64,000 nucleotides of DNA from Candidatus Micrarchaeota archaeon. Lineage in GTDB: Archaea; Micrarchaeota; Micrarchaeia; Anstonellales; Bilamarchaeaceae. The translations under genes and the position numbers were made by a program. Where the stretch lies: positions 32,001-96,000 of the forward strand of contig JBBSVO010000004.1 in the NCBI GenBank assembly GCA_038046805.1. The letters run 5' to 3'. The notes under the pieces were generated by a model. The model had not been told where the DNA came from and did not search any database. It saw only the letters and a list, made by a program, of their open reading frames with translations. This document shows positions 29,303-38,732 of this stretch, in pieces. Each line of letters opens with the position of its first letter. The first letter of the stretch is position 1.

Positions 29303-30547
29303 ATGTCCCTAATTCAAGATTTACGTAATCCTTCAAAAGCACAATTGGGGGCACATACCTGGCAATTAAGAGAAAAATTAGGCCATATGGTTGTCCTCGC
29401 AGAAACCGTTTCCCCCAGGGTACACAGCATTATGGTAACTACCGGATGCGACCATGGTTGCAGGTTTTGTTATCTCCCATCAGTTCCTCATGGAAGAGGA
29501 GAATCTATTTCTTTAGAAACTATACGAAAGGCGATTGTAACTCTTGGTCTATATAAGTCACCGGTTCTTACCGGCGGCGAGCCACTAGACCATCCGGATA
29601 TTGCAGCCATTGTTACTGCCACAAATGGAAAAATTGATTTTACAAATGGATTTTCAACCGAAATTCAACCACAACGTTGCGTTGAAATCCTCAATAAGGT
29701 TTCAAACAGAATCCAAGCCGTTAGTTTTAGCATTCATGAAAAAGATGCCGGATCCAACCCTGGGAGAGATATTGTGTTGAAGCATGCTGTTTTAACTCGT
29801 CCAGAACCATATACCCTAAAATTTTTGGTTGAGTTCGGGAAGGGATATGAAATTTTGGACGCGTGGCTCGACACTTTGCTTACTTTGGTATGCGACAAAC
29901 AGATACAAAGTGCGATGAGAGAAAACGTGAGTGTTTCTAATCATATTGCAGCTCTTCCGGGCATTCAACTGATTAACTTTAATCCCTCACCAATTGCAAA
30001 GGTCGGACGCGGATTGAAATTAGATGGGATATACGTCGGTGACGAAATAAGTTTTATACCCGAAGCCTTTGATTCGGTAGATAAAATTATTGGTGGTTCA
30101 GTTCTTTTTCCAGATGGCCGTCTTGCCTCACTGTTTCTTCAATGCTCTGGTCAAATGACAACAAATATTTTTGCGACTTTAGATGATGCGCCAGATGTGC
30201 AGAAAAGAGCGCTAAGATCCATGCTTAACGAATATCTTTCAGAAAAATTAGCGAGAAGCGACGAGGCGTTTGAGCGTGAAGCACACCACTATTTTGAAAG
30301 GGAATTTCAGTTGTTAAACTTTTTAATTGAATTTTTATCTACTTTCAGGAGACCAGATATTAAGAAAAAACTCGTTGAAATAAAGGATGCGATCGCCAAA
30401 GCAATCGGAATTCCTCCGAAAAGATGTAAAACATTGGTGGATCGCCTAAGCGATAGGGTAATAGACGAAGAAATAAAGAAAGTAGCGGAAGGACGCAGCA
30501 CCCCGCCTATCGTTGAATTCTTTTTACAGAATAATGTGCATCTTTAA
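29303..30547 (+). CDS. Radical SAM domain protein (divergent)
   Basis: CDHGCRFC (CxxxCxxC), LTGGEP, FTNG. Confidence 0.8.
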   Translation: MSLIQDLRNPSKAQLGAHTWQLREKLGHMVVLAETVSPRVHSIMVTTGCDHGCRFCYLPSVPHGRGESISLETIRKAIVTLGLYKSPVLTGGEPLDHPDIAAIVTATNGKIDFTNGFSTEIQPQRCVEILNKVSNRIQAVSFSIHEKDAGSNPGRDIVLKHAVLTRPEPYTLKFLVEFGKGYEILDAWLDTLLTLVCDKQIQSAMRENVSVSNHIAALPGIQLINFNPSPIAKVGRGLKLDGIYVGDEISFIPEAFDSVDKIIGGSVLFPDGRLASLFLQCSGQMTTNIFATLDDAPDVQKRALRSMLNEYLSEKLARSDEAFEREAHHYFEREFQLLNFLIEFLSTFRRPDIKKKLVEIKDAIAKAIGIPPKRCKTLVDRLSDRVIDEEIKKVAEGRSTPPIVEFFLQNNVHL

Positions 30548-31342
30548 ATACTCAAACACATGTTCCTGCATTTCTTTTCCCGAGCCAAATCCAAACTCCT
30601 TATGCAGCTGAAGAAGGTACGGATGCGGAGCAAAATGGGGAACTGTTATCGCGTAACCCTCCATATCCACCGAAGCCATTTTTGTCCCTAATCCTGTGCC
30701 GTATTTGCCATATGCATTCCGCAATTGAGTGGAACTAAGAACACGTTCACTGCTCACAATCCTGTTCTTCACAGGCTGATGAATGAAATTGAATTGAATT
30801 CTGATTTTTTCTGTTTTTCCGCTTATTAAGTTTCGCGCTGGCTTCTCCACGTCTGCTGAGATTTCAAATGAAGCAGTATCGTCGCTGCCGGTTACAGCCA
30901 CGCGCAACTCGCTCTTATCAAAATGCGCCAAGAGATAAGATGTAAAAAATTCAAATCCTTCGGTATGGGTTATTGTTTTTGACAGAAGCATCAGGTATTT
31001 TCCTGAAAAGAAGATTGATCGCGTTGCACCATGGGCGAATGATCTTCCGGCCTGCTCTTCATTCATGACTAGAGGCTGGTAGTAATTATTTGGAACCGCA
31101 TACGCCGCCCTTGGTTCAAAAAGCGGATGCTCGATTTTTGAAGGAAGATTCACAGTTGAGAAAACGTTTTTGCCGGCAGAAGAGAACGCTGCCAAGGCTT
31201 GAGGTGTTTTTGTATTTTCAAGACGCTTTACATCAGTTGAAAGCATCTCCTCCATAAATCGCAGATATTGCGGAATTTCCCTTGCCTTGTCACAGAAGTT
31301 GCACACGTTAGGACCTGTTTTATTGCCTTGTGCCCTGAGCAA
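30524..31342 (-). CDS. Hypothetical protein
   Basis: 272-aa ORF with N-terminal CNFC, downstream of slyD. Confidence 0.65.
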   Translation of the reverse strand: MLRAQGNKTGPNVCNFCDKAREIPQYLRFMEEMLSTDVKRLENTKTPQALAAFSSAGKNVFSTVNLPSKIEHPLFEPRAAYAVPNNYYQPLVMNEEQAGRSFAHGATRSIFFSGKYLMLLSKTITHTEGFEFFTSYLLAHFDKSELRVAVTGSDDTASFEISADVEKPARNLISGKTEKIRIQFNFIHQPVKNRIVSSERVLSSTQLRNAYGKYGTGLGTKMASVDMEGYAITVPHFAPHPYLLQLHKEFGFGSGKEMQEHVFEYLKMHIIL

Positions 31343-31374
31343 TGGGCCAACGGCTCACTACTCATAGCCAATCG

Positions 31375-32028
31375 CTACTTGCTAACTGCTTTGGTTTCCT
31401 TTACCTCTATTTTCTTAATCTCTGGCATGAAGCTTTTTGTCATTACCATAATAACCGCTTTCTTTTCCTCAAATGCATCGTCCTTTTCTATCTCGAACAT
31501 TGCTGTGCCATCTTTCAGGGATACGCTTGAAACGATCCCGATATCCTCTCCTATGGCCCTAAGCCGATCTTCTGGCGAAGTTATCACTTCGGTTATTTTC
31601 ACTTTATATCTGACTTTTTGCCCGGCAAGAGGATGATTAAAATCAACAAGAACCCTGCCTCCGCTTACGGATTTTATAGTTCCGTAAATCCTGCCTTGTT
31701 CGGTGTCAAGATGAACTGTAAGGCCTGGCTGTGGAGCGACATTATACCTTGCAAAATCTTCCATGCGCATTATTTTCGTATATTCCTTGCTTCTTTTTCC
31801 AAAAGCGTTTGCTTCGTTGAATTCAAATTCGGTTTCCTCTCCCCTGGACATTGAACGAATTGCGATATCAAGGCCTTTTATCAGCCTGTGTTTTCCAACA
31901 ACCACGAGTAATGGTCCTTCTTTCTTGTGAAGCGCTTTCGCTATTTCGCCTCGCGTACTGTCGAAGAGATTTCCGTTTTCATCGATTGCATCGTATTCTA
32001 TTTTAACAAATTCACCGTTTTTTAGCAC
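31375..32028 (-). CDS. slyD: FKBP-type peptidyl-prolyl isomerase (archaeal long SlyD type)
   Basis: FDST, LIKGLD, AFGKR, VDFNHPLAGQ. Confidence 0.92.
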   Translation of the reverse strand: MLKNGEFVKIEYDAIDENGNLFDSTRGEIAKALHKKEGPLLVVVGKHRLIKGLDIAIRSMSRGEETEFEFNEANAFGKRSKEYTKIMRMEDFARYNVAPQPGLTVHLDTEQGRIYGTIKSVSGGRVLVDFNHPLAGQKVRYKVKITEVITSPEDRLRAIGEDIGIVSSVSLKDGTAMFEIEKDDAFEEKKAVIMVMTKSFMPEIKKIEVKETKAVSK

Positions 32029-32112
32029 TGGCTCACCTTGTTACTTGTATTTTAAATCTTTCTAGCAAATTGTTTATAAAACATCTGTTGAGCAGATAGG
32101 ATGGGTAATACA

Positions 32113-32153
32113 ATGGATTGAAATTTTTAAAAGAAAATTTCAAATATAAAAAT
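32113..32153 (+). promoter_or_regulatory. 41-bp duplicated promoter segment, copy 2
   Basis: 40/41 identical to 25942-25982. Confidence 0.75.
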
Positions 32154-32166
32154 CAAGGTGATTTTT

Positions 32167-33252
32167 ATGGATAAAACTACTTTATTTCGGATATTCGCAA
32201 TTTTGGTTGTGGCAGGATTTATTTTTGAACTGTTCGCATTCGGAGTAATCGGGAAGACAAGCGAACAGACGAATGGGCAGAATACCCAGGAATCAGCCAC
32301 GTATAGTGGTTATTCAGAATATTACGGAACAATAAAAGCATACGAGCCATATCTCTTTGCAAAAGGGCTGGATTCTGGTCAAATAAGCGAAATAAAGGCG
32401 CTTGGTGGAGTTGAGGACGTTGTTGCCATGTCAGGAGGGTACGTAATATCACTCAAAAATTCTGATTATATAAATGCAGTTTATTCCGGTGTTTTGGACA
32501 AGATGATCAATTCTACAGTAATAGCAAATGTCGCCCTTCCTTACTCCATAGAAATTCTTGCGCAGGATGGAAAAAACAAAAGCGCGGCATCAAACGGCGC
32601 TATCGTGAAAGTGGAAATGTCGTCCCCTCCAAATGTTGGCGAAAAGATACGACTAAAAATGACTGTTGAAATCCAGGAGGGAATCCTTGCAAGATATTCC
32701 ACCCCCACTCTTGTACCAGAAGAGAAGATGCTCGCTGGGAATGGAATCATTTTATCAGAAACTTCCGTGACTACGATCGCACTTGTTCCCTGGGAAGAGC
32801 GCAATAATGTAAATGTGGATGCCTTAAAGGAACAAATCGGAAACGACAGCGTAGCTTATTTAGCAAAGAATTATATTGGATTTGCGGATGAGAATTCTGC
32901 CAATGCCGCAATCGGAAAGAACCTGTCTTATGTCGTTTCACTTAATACGGGAACCGCAACAATAAACGAGAATTTCACAGACAAGGCACAGGTTATTGCG
33001 GATTTGGGAGAGGGAATCGTATTTCCGGATTCAGTTTTGCAGGTTAAAGGAACAGATGGCGCAGATTTCCCAAAGATTTTCAAAAAGATGACATATTATA
33101 CTTATTTGGTTAATTCAACCGCTGCTGGAAGCGATACATTGGATGCAATTTCAGAAACAAAGCACACCTCAGGAGATGAAGTAAATCTGAGTGTTAAAGT
33201 ACTTGCAGTTGGAAACAAAATCGTGAATCTGGTTGAGGCGAAGATAAATTAG
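32167..33252 (+). CDS. Membrane-anchored hypothetical protein
   Basis: N-terminal TM helix; AAGGTGA RBS. Confidence 0.75.
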   Translation: MDKTTLFRIFAILVVAGFIFELFAFGVIGKTSEQTNGQNTQESATYSGYSEYYGTIKAYEPYLFAKGLDSGQISEIKALGGVEDVVAMSGGYVISLKNSDYINAVYSGVLDKMINSTVIANVALPYSIEILAQDGKNKSAASNGAIVKVEMSSPPNVGEKIRLKMTVEIQEGILARYSTPTLVPEEKMLAGNGIILSETSVTTIALVPWEERNNVNVDALKEQIGNDSVAYLAKNYIGFADENSANAAIGKNLSYVVSLNTGTATINENFTDKAQVIADLGEGIVFPDSVLQVKGTDGADFPKIFKKMTYYTYLVNSTAAGSDTLDAISETKHTSGDEVNLSVKVLAVGNKIVNLVEAKIN

Positions 33253-33349
33253 TCGTTAGCAGTTGGTGGTTAGCTTCTGGCGATTGACAATTAGTTGTTA
33301 GTCGTTAGTAACTACGGACTAATGACTAAAGGCTAACGGCTAAAAGCTA
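33249..33349. repeat. Inverted heptamer arrays (TTAGxxx / CTAAxxx) between convergent genes, possible bidirectional terminator
   Basis: ttagtcg ttagcag ttggtgg ttagctt ... ctaatga ctaaagg ctaacgg ctaaaag. Confidence 0.7.
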
Positions 33350-33880
33350 CAAGCTAATTGCAAGTCTCTTCCTTATCTCCAACCGTTCCAGATACGCAGC
33401 AACTTCCTTTGGCACGCATTTCTTCCATTCATTCCCGCCAGTGAGGATATCTTTTCGGATTTTCGTGCCCTCGCAGGATTTTCTTTCGTAAAATTCGAAT
33501 TTTTCAGTGCGGATACCGCTGCGCGAAAACAAATAATGAACGAGCGGATTATTTGAATAAACAACTCCGAATTCCGGAAGATGGGAAACCAGATGTGCAA
33601 CCCATATATTATTGTTGTTGATGTCCCGCACCGGAACGATTATGAGACGTGAGAGGGTGCTAGTGGGAAAACATCTTCTTATCATCTCGACCCGTTCGCC
33701 CGCAGTCATAGGATTATCTGAAGAAATCGATTCCTCGGCACTGCCTATTGCAATTATTACTTCGTTATGCCTTTCGAGTAATTGATTGATTACCGCCAAA
33801 TGACCATTATGAAATGGTTGAAAGCGGCCGACAAAAAGAGCGCGTCCCGACACATTGACTTGGGTATTGAGACGACTCAT
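33347..33880 (-). CDS. nadM: Nicotinamide-nucleotide adenylyltransferase
   Basis: GRFQPFHNGH, IGSA, NPMTAGER, YSNNP, GTKIR. Confidence 0.92.
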   Translation of the reverse strand: MSRLNTQVNVSGRALFVGRFQPFHNGHLAVINQLLERHNEVIIAIGSAEESISSDNPMTAGERVEMIRRCFPTSTLSRLIIVPVRDINNNNIWVAHLVSHLPEFGVVYSNNPLVHYLFSRSGIRTEKFEFYERKSCEGTKIRKDILTGGNEWKKCVPKEVAAYLERLEIRKRLAISL

Positions 33881-36800
33881 TGTATCACTTCCACTTGTTC
33901 TGGAGAACCTGCATGCGACCTCTGTTCAAGTCTTACCCCTACCAATTTCGACACGCCGCCAACCTTAGTCACTCCTAAAACCGAATCTGCAAGAGCCATC
34001 GTAGTGTCATTGTGAGATACAACCATAAACTGGGTTTTCTCGGACATACGCTTTATCAATTGCGCAAGGTGCTTGCTGTTGTCCTTGTCCAATGCGGCAT
34101 CAACCTCATCAAGAACATAAAATGGAGATGGCTTGAACAACTGCATAGCAAATATAAACATCAATGCGACAAGAGAATTTTCCCCGCCGGAAAGCGAATC
34201 AAGCGTATGCTCACGATTGTTTCTTTTGAGTTTAATATACATCCCGCTTTCAAATGGTTCTTCTGGCTTGTCAAGATAAAGGAAACCTTCACCAATGCTG
34301 ATATATGCAAACATCTTCCTGAAATAATCATTGACCGCATAGAATGTCTTGAAAAACGCATCTTTTTTCTTCTGTGAAATTTCGTCCATCATCATCAAAA
34401 TCGCCTTGCGTTCGTCATCAAGCGTTTTTATTTTTCCGCGTATTTCTTCTATCTCGGCCTTCTTTTTTCCATACATGTCTATCGCTGCCATATTCACATT
34501 TGTCATCGTGGTTATTGTTACTTCAGAAGACTTTACCAGAGTATGAAGTTCTTCTTTATTCATTGTGAGCGTTTCGTATTGTCCATGCCCGTCAAATTCA
34601 GCCTTTAAATCTGCAAGTTTTGTTTCCACAGTTGCTTTCTTGATGTTAAGCTGGTTCATATCTCTGGTAACGCGATCCATCTCTAATCTGGTCTTTTCCC
34701 GCTGCGCACCAAGCGATTGTAAATCAGATTCGTATTTCTTGATAGTTTCAAATATGCGCTCTATCTGTCTGCTTGTAGAGGAGATTTTCTCCTCTTGCTG
34801 CGCCAGCTCTTTTCCTTCATCTGTAGATGCCTTTTTCATTTCGGCGACGCGCGAACACGCATCCATTTTCTCCTGATGCATTACTTTTATTCTTTCTTCT
34901 AATTTGAAGAGCTCGTTCTTTCTAAGTTCTGCTTCCTTTAACTTGCCTTCGATTGTAGCACGTAAAGAGGAGACCTTTGCAGCAAGATCAGTTTTTTTCT
35001 TTGAAGTCTGGTCAGCACCTGAACGCTCTTTTTCCAGTTCGGAATCACGCCGTTCTTTCGCCTTAGATACATGAGTTTCCAGCTCAGAAACCAATTTGCC
35101 AAGTTTTTCTCCTTCTTTTGCAAGAGAATTCGCGGAAGCAAGTGCATCTGTAATTTCTGTTTCAAGCTGCTTTTTCCTTGCTAATGCCTTTTCCCGCGAT
35201 TTTACCATCTCACTAGAGCCGCGTAGTTCTATTTCTGCGCTCTTTGCCTTTACCTCCAGCTCTGCCTTTTTTGAACGCAATTTCGAAGCGGATTCGCGGC
35301 TATCCAGCAATTCCTGCATTATCGCTGCTTTTTCCTCTTTGACCTTGCTGATTTCACCCTCAATCTTTGTCAATTGAGTCGAAGCCAGAACACTAGATGC
35401 AACCTTTCCGCCACTGATTATTCCTGAACGTTCGAAAATCTCACCATCCAGGGTTACCATTCTGGCATGACGCAAACCTATGCGCTTTGCATCTTCCATT
35501 GAATCCACAAGAAGCGTTTCCGCAAAGACATATTCTACGGCGCGTGCAACATCCGAAGAATACTCCATAATATTAATAACCGATTTGAAGCCATTCATTG
35601 CTTCTGGCGGTTGCGCAGTTTTTACATCCTTAAGCGGAATAAAGGTTGCCCTTCCGGCCGAGGCTTTCTTAAGAAGCGTGATTATTTTTGAGGCAGTATT
35701 AGAGTCTTCGACAACTACGTAAAGCAGTCTATTCCCCCCTGCTGCTTCAATTGCAGAAGTATATTTAGAATCGAATCGAATCAAATCCGCAACGGTACCA
35801 TATATGCCGTCTACTGAACCTTTTGCCCTTAGGTCCTGAACGAATTTCAAAGCCAGGCTTGCCAGTGCTGGTGAGGACTGAACACGCATAACCGAGTGTT
35901 TTTCCCGCAGTTCAAGCAGTTTCCTGTCGAGTTCTGCGGATTCTGAATTCAGCTCTTTTTCCCGCTGAAATAAAGAGTCTATTTCACCTGCCAATTCTTT
36001 TACCTCTGCCTTCATTTTCTGGATTTTTTCCTCTGCCTTTTCATTTTCCAATTCCTTTGGAAGCGTTGAATCGATAGCATTTTGTTCCTGGCGCTTAAGC
36101 TCTGCGACTTCGTTCTTGGATCTAATTTCCGCTTCTAGAGAGATTGCATGTTCTCGTTTTAAGCGAAGGTCTTCTTCCTGGTTTGATATTTGCGTTTCAA
36201 GTTTTTCAAGCTCTCCACTTGACTTGAATGATGAGAATTTTTCATTTTCAGATTCCAATGCAACAAAATCTCTTTTCAGCTGTGCAATCTCCTTTTCAAG
36301 CTCGGAAACCGAGCTCTTTTTTCCAGCTGAATCAACGTTTAACCCGTTAATCTCTTTTTCAAGACGTTTTGCAAGCTCTTCTTTATCTTTTACCATCTGC
36401 TCTTTTGTTGCCAGAAGTGCCTTTAACTCCTCAATTCTTCTGATGATTCCTGCAGTCTGTTGTTTTGCCTGAAGCTCCTTGCTTGCATTTAGTCTTGCGC
36501 TATCAACACGCTTTATATCTGCTTCAGTCTTGGCAATTGCAGATTCCCGTTTTTCAATTTCTCCCTTGGTTTTTTGTTCAGATTCACAAACTTCTGTAAG
36601 GTCAGAATCCAGCTTTTTTATTTCCCGCTCCAGCAAGGTTCCTTTTGCATTCGCAAGATTCTTCTTTGCATCAACATAAACCAGGGCATCTGCACGTTCT
36701 CGCTCCAATTGTGCAAGAAACGCGTCTTTTTCGCCGAGAACAAGGTTCGCGTCCTTTATTTTGTTATTTACCTGTTCAAGCTCGCGCATTGCCTCGTCTT

Positions 36801-37278
36801 TTTTTGCCTCAAAATCAGAAATACCTGCAACTGAATCTATTATCTGGCGGCGTTCTTTTCCACCCATGTTGATAATGCGTTGGACTTCGCCTTGAGCAAT
36901 AGTATTTCTCCCGCTCTCATCCACGTTGTGCTTTTTTAGAAGTTCAATAATCGCTCCGCGAGTTGTTTTTACTCCGTTCAGTTTGTAGAGAATTTTTCCA
37001 TCGCTTCGAATTGCCCTTTTGATTTCTATTTTTTCATCGCCATCAAAATAAACAGTAACTTCCGCAGTATTTGTTCCTGAAAGGATGAGGTCTCTAACTT
37101 TTTTTGCCCGAAGAGATTTCAAGCTTATTTCCCCGCAGGCGAAACGAATGGCGTCTAGAACATTGCTTTTCCCTGAACCATTTGGGCCTGCAAGGCAAAC
37201 ATAGGTTCTCGGAAGCGTGACATCTACGAATTTAAATGATTTGAAATTATGGATTTTGATACGGGAGATAAACAACAT
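33877..37278 (-). CDS. smc: Chromosome segregation protein SMC
   Basis: GPNGSGKSN, hinge GRATFIPL/TLDGE, LSGGE, LDEVDAALD, coiled coils. Confidence 0.96.
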   Translation of the reverse strand: MLFISRIKIHNFKSFKFVDVTLPRTYVCLAGPNGSGKSNVLDAIRFACGEISLKSLRAKKVRDLILSGTNTAEVTVYFDGDEKIEIKRAIRSDGKILYKLNGVKTTRGAIIELLKKHNVDESGRNTIAQGEVQRIINMGGKERRQIIDSVAGISDFEAKKDEAMRELEQVNNKIKDANLVLGEKDAFLAQLERERADALVYVDAKKNLANAKGTLLEREIKKLDSDLTEVCESEQKTKGEIEKRESAIAKTEADIKRVDSARLNASKELQAKQQTAGIIRRIEELKALLATKEQMVKDKEELAKRLEKEINGLNVDSAGKKSSVSELEKEIAQLKRDFVALESENEKFSSFKSSGELEKLETQISNQEEDLRLKREHAISLEAEIRSKNEVAELKRQEQNAIDSTLPKELENEKAEEKIQKMKAEVKELAGEIDSLFQREKELNSESAELDRKLLELREKHSVMRVQSSPALASLALKFVQDLRAKGSVDGIYGTVADLIRFDSKYTSAIEAAGGNRLLYVVVEDSNTASKIITLLKKASAGRATFIPLKDVKTAQPPEAMNGFKSVINIMEYSSDVARAVEYVFAETLLVDSMEDAKRIGLRHARMVTLDGEIFERSGIISGGKVASSVLASTQLTKIEGEISKVKEEKAAIMQELLDSRESASKLRSKKAELEVKAKSAEIELRGSSEMVKSREKALARKKQLETEITDALASANSLAKEGEKLGKLVSELETHVSKAKERRDSELEKERSGADQTSKKKTDLAAKVSSLRATIEGKLKEAELRKNELFKLEERIKVMHQEKMDACSRVAEMKKASTDEGKELAQQEEKISSTSRQIERIFETIKKYESDLQSLGAQREKTRLEMDRVTRDMNQLNIKKATVETKLADLKAEFDGHGQYETLTMNKEELHTLVKSSEVTITTMTNVNMAAIDMYGKKKAEIEEIRGKIKTLDDERKAILMMMDEISQKKKDAFFKTFYAVNDYFRKMFAYISIGEGFLYLDKPEEPFESGMYIKLKRNNREHTLDSLSGGENSLVALMFIFAMQLFKPSPFYVLDEVDAALDKDNSKHLAQLIKRMSEKTQFMVVSHNDTTMALADSVLGVTKVGGVSKLVGVRLEQRSHAGSPEQVEVIQ

Positions 37279-37332
37279 GCGCCTATTTCGGAGGTTTGGT
37301 TTAAAAAAGCTACTTTGGTTGAATCCGAAACC

Positions 37333-37794
37333 TTAAAACCCAAAAAATTCTTCGTCAATGCGTTTTGCGAATTCGCGCATTCTTCGCATTCTTCTGATTA
37401 AATCCTGTTCCAGTTCATCAAACGTCTGATCCATCGTTCTTCCACGTAGGTGGTATTCCCTTCCTTCTTTAACAATAAGCCCCTCGCGCATGAAAATATT
37501 CATATGATAAACCACTGCTGCCTGAGTTACATGGACCTTTTTTGTTATTTCTATTGTTCGCACTCCGCGCTCGTCTTTTTGTGCTTCAACAATTTCTTTG
37601 AAGATTTCATAGGCCAAACGATCTTTTTCCGGATCAATGCCAAAGCATTCGCAGATAAGTTCCAGAGCAGCTTCTGGATTCATCTCTTCTCCACGCGACA
37701 GTCTGGATGGAGAGATCTCTTTTAGCATTATTCCTTTTTCCTTTCCCCGGGCTTTTCGTTTTTCTGTTCTTGCCGCAATTGTTCCGCTCGTCAT
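37333..37794 (-). CDS. wHTH transcriptional regulator divergent from grpE-dnaK
   Basis: EITKKVHVTQAAVVYHMNIFMREGLIVKEGREY. Confidence 0.7.
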   Translation of the reverse strand: MTSGTIAARTEKRKARGKEKGIMLKEISPSRLSRGEEMNPEAALELICECFGIDPEKDRLAYEIFKEIVEAQKDERGVRTIEITKKVHVTQAAVVYHMNIFMREGLIVKEGREYHLRGRTMDQTFDELEQDLIRRMRRMREFAKRIDEEFFGF

Positions 37795-37886
37795 GAGTTT
37801 AATTAAGAAACAATATATTTAAAAAGATTTGTTAAAATAATAAAAGATACTTTAAAATTTAAAGATATTGTCAAAAGGGTGATAAC

Positions 37887-38465
37887 ATATCAAACGATGC
37901 GCCGAAGGACATAAAGGAAACCAATGAGCTGCCAAAACATGATGAAGAGAAAAAACTCCCGCCTCAGCAGAAACACAAGATTCTTCCCGAACCTCATATC
38001 ACTGGACCGCAGCCAAAAGCTTTTCGGCCGGAGCTGAAAATAAAAGAACTTGAAGAGACGGTAAAAAGACTTCAAGCTGAATTTGAAAATTACAAAAAAC
38101 GGGCGGCAAACGAATATTCCGAAAGAATAGATTCGGGTAAAATGGAATTTGCAAATGAAATTCTTCCGTTTGCAGATGAGTTTGAAAATGCACTTCAGCA
38201 TGTTCGCGGGGAGGAACGTAAGGGCATTGAAATGATATTCACAACATTCATGAAATCTCTTAACCAATTGGGTATCAGGCCGATGCAATGTGATGGAAAG
38301 AAATTTGATCCGTATCTTCATGATGCGATAAAGCAAGAGGAAAGCAATGAGGAAGATGGAACCATAATCGCAGTTTTAAGAAAGGGATATTACTACAAGG
38401 ACAAGGTTCTGCGACATGCAGCAGTGATTGTGTCGAAAAAGAAAAAAGAGGATGACGCGATATGA
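37887..38465 (+). CDS. grpE: Nucleotide exchange factor GrpE, probable ATA start
   Basis: RLQAEFENYKKR lies upstream of the first ATG (38142). Frame is open from TAA 37860. GGGTGAT RBS precedes ATA 37887. FDPYLHDA and KGY...VLRHAAV present. Confidence 0.9.
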   Translation: MSNDAPKDIKETNELPKHDEEKKLPPQQKHKILPEPHITGPQPKAFRPELKIKELEETVKRLQAEFENYKKRAANEYSERIDSGKMEFANEILPFADEFENALQHVRGEERKGIEMIFTTFMKSLNQLGIRPMQCDGKKFDPYLHDAIKQEESNEEDGTIIAVLRKGYYYKDKVLRHAAVIVSKKKKEDDAI

Positions 38466-38587
38466 ACAAAACTGAAACAACTGATAAAAAACTCCAAGAA
38501 ATGAACGATGAGGAAATTCGCGAATTCAGAAAAGAAGCGAAAAAGATTATGATACGCCCGAGGAATGCAAGGGCAAATGCGATGTAA
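38462..38587 (+). CDS. Small 41-aa ORF translationally coupled to grpE
   Basis: ATGA overlap; MNKTETTDKKLQEMNDEEIREFRKEAKKIMIRPRNARANAM. Confidence 0.5.
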   Translation: MNKTETTDKKLQEMNDEEIREFRKEAKKIMIRPRNARANAM

Positions 38588-38589
38588 TA

Positions 38590-38700
38590 TTTAGAAGGCG
38601 GCGTAATAAATCGCGCTATCGTGCGAAGCCGCCGGAACACAACGATAGTTTAGAAGGCGGCTAAAATAAAACGCGCCAGGGCGCGGGCCGCCGGCAAACG
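38590..38700 (+). repeat. Two tandem 59-nt structured repeats upstream of dnaK
   Basis: TTTAGAA-GGCGGC-[A-rich]-CGCGC hairpin-GCCGCC-GG, twice. Confidence 0.8.
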
Positions 38701-38732
38701 AGAATATAAAATGATGTTAAAAGGTGATTTGG

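Noticed and set aside
33877..37278. smc without adjacent scpA/scpB
   Set aside because: The partners may be encoded elsewhere in the genome; cannot be judged from one window
37850..37864. CTTTAAA-A-TTTAAAG palindrome as a heat-shock operator
   Set aside because: Low-complexity AT-rich sequence coinciding with divergent TATA boxes; not distinguishable from chance
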